A stretch of 64,000 nucleotides of DNA, from NCBI RefSeq assembly GCF_009914755.1, contig NC_060926.1. One strand, given 5' to 3'. The notes under the pieces were generated by a model. That model was not told the DNA's origin. It saw only the letters and a program-made list of their open reading frames with translations, and made no database searches. Below are positions 62,208 through 64,000 of the stretch, piece after piece (position 1 is the first letter of the stretch; each line of letters begins with the position of its first letter). A program made the translations under genes and the position numbers. Origin of the DNA: the human T2T-CHM13v2.0 reference genome, Homo sapiens.

Positions 62208-63216
62208 TCAGGAGTTCAAGACCCGCCTGGCCAACATGACAAAACCCTGTCTCTACTAAAAGTACAGAAATTTTACGGGCATGGTGTCAGGCGCCTGTAA
62301 TCCCAGCTACTCGGAAAGCTGTGGCCGGAATTGCTTGAACCCGGGAGGCGGAGGTTGCAGTGAGCAGAGATCACGCCATTGCACTCTAGCCTGAGTGACA
62401 GAGCGAGACTCCAACTCAAAAATAAATAAATAAATAAATAAAGTAAATAAAGCCATATAATAGTGAAAAACCCACCATCTGAAAAAAGACTAAAGAAGTG
62501 ATAGAGAATTGCACAGCGTGGAGGCTTAAGACGGCCCTCTGGAGGAATCAACTTCCATCCAACAGGGGCTGTGTTTGGTGCAGGAGAGGTAGCCTGGAGG
62601 ATTGTTCTGAGGCTGTGGTTCTTAAACTTTGGTTGCCATCAGGACAGCTTGGGAACTTGGGAAAAAACAAAGGCCCAGGCCCTATCCTGCTGCCATGAGC
62701 CTGGGCCTCTGTGTTCTTGTCAGGCTCTTTCTTAGGCCGTGACCATATTGGACTTCCCTGGTTTCCTCTAAGTCACACTGCCAGTTCCTCCCCAGAGCTT
62801 TGTGTGCGTTCTTTCCCTTCCTGGAAGGCTTGGGCCCTTTCCTGCCGCTGGGGTTGGGTTAAGTCCCCTTATCATGTGCTCCTGGCTTAGTGCGCCTGCT
62901 TTCCATAGCACACAACTTATAATCACTTGTTTGGCATCTGCCTTCCTCATGGGATAGTAAGCTCCATAAGGACAGGGCCCAGGTCACCAATGTGTGGAAC
63001 GGTGCCTGACACACTGTTCGTTTATCTGTTCTTTGACCACGGTCCTGAAGAAATGCCCAGGAGGATTGACGAGATTGAGGTCAAGATCGTGGCCCAGTGT
63101 GTGGCGCTCCAAGCCAGCTCTTCCCCTTTCAAAACCAGAAAAGCCGCATGTTTAGATCGCTCTAGGAGATTCATCTCCATTACGATACAGGTGGGTAATG
63201 AGTTTCCCTCATAAAC

Positions 63217-63329
63217 TTTTTTTTTCTTTTCTTTTTTATTTAATTTTCACATCAGATATGTAATGTGCCAAGGTAGTAACAAGGTTTGAGGGAGGCACAT
63301 CTCACACGAATGTGAAAACTCAAAAGATC
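63217..63329 (-). pseudogene. U13 (SNORD13) snoRNA retrocopy with internal deletion
   Basis: Minus strand GTGTGAGATGTGCCTCCCTCAAACCTTGTTACTACCTTGGCACATTACATATCTGA matches U13. A-rich tail (T-run at 63217-63247 on +) and TSD TAAACT at 63212-63217 and 63330-63335. Confidence 0.88.
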
Positions 63330-63499
63330 TAAACTAAGTTTTGAAACAAATCCACAAGTGGGTTTTTCCTCCACAGGGTAAGATTTTCTCCACATGTTTT
63401 GACTTGGGTGCATGGGCGTTGCCTTCCCTGCCTGTGGCCTTCAAAAGACCATGGGTGCGAAGTCCAAGCTTTGACTCTTCTGCCTATGATTCTCTGTCA

Positions 63500-63948
63500 A
63501 ATGAGAGGCCAAAATTAAAACCACAATGAGGTATCACTAAACACCCACTAGAGTGGCTAAAATTGAAAATTCTGACTATACAAAATATTGGCAAGGATGT
63601 AGAGCGACTGGGACTCCCATACATTGCTGTTGGAAATAGTTTGGCAGGTTCCTATAAAGTTAGAATAAATTTATCATATAACCCAGAGATCCAACTTGTA
63701 CGTATTTATCCAAGAGAAATAAAAACATATGTTCATTCAAAGCCTTGTATATGAATATTTATAAGTGCTTTATTAATGATAGCATAAAACTGGAAGCAAT
63801 TAAAATGTCTATCAGCTGGTGAATGGACAAACTGTGCTTCATTCACCTAGCAATAAAAAGAACTACTGATGCATGGATGATGGTCTGTGAAACAGAGAAA
63901 AATGAGTCTATGCTGTATGATTCCATTCATATGAAATTATAGAAAAGT
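63500..63948 (+). mobile_element. Old L1M fragment
   Basis: AAAATTAAAACCACAATGAGGTATCAC...GGCAAGGATGTAGAG. Confidence 0.8.
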
Positions 63949-64000
63949 TTAGCCAGGCGTGATGGCAGGCGCCTGTAGTCCCAGCTCCTTGGGAGGCTGA

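Noticed and set aside
62927-63214. 95-aa ORF / possible exon ending CAG|GTGGGT
   Set aside because: The 5' part is an L2 tail, the remainder has no recognisable homology and no good acceptor.

Overview
This is human genomic DNA, not prokaryotic: a human-specific AluYb8 lies at 61030-61340, and there are dozens of Alus. No intact protein-coding exon is supported; nearly all ORF-track entries are Alu, L1, ERV or CpG-island artefacts. A CpG-island bidirectional promoter (~6.0-7.6 kb) carries a non-coding first exon on the minus strand. From recall of the locus layout (first exon, divergent lncRNA, RPL12 pseudogene ~9 kb upstream), this is probably CLASP1 / NIFK-AS1 / RPL12P15 on chr2q14, but this was not verified by a search. 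Other contents are a full-length processed RPL12 pseudogene, an Alu-riddled near-full-length L1PB, a ~10 kb nest of truncated ERVs (LTR8, HERV-I/LTR10, LTR9-like, Harlequin/HERV-E LTR2), MST LTRs, L2/MIR remnants and a U13 snoRNA retrocopy. I found no convincing novel multi-gene system. The best leads are a dyad-symmetric promoter core, two 3'-LTR-less proviruses pointing toward the minus-strand gene, and an LTR inserted into a hidden fold-back hairpin. Repeat subfamily names come from remembered consensus sequences and coordinates are approximate.
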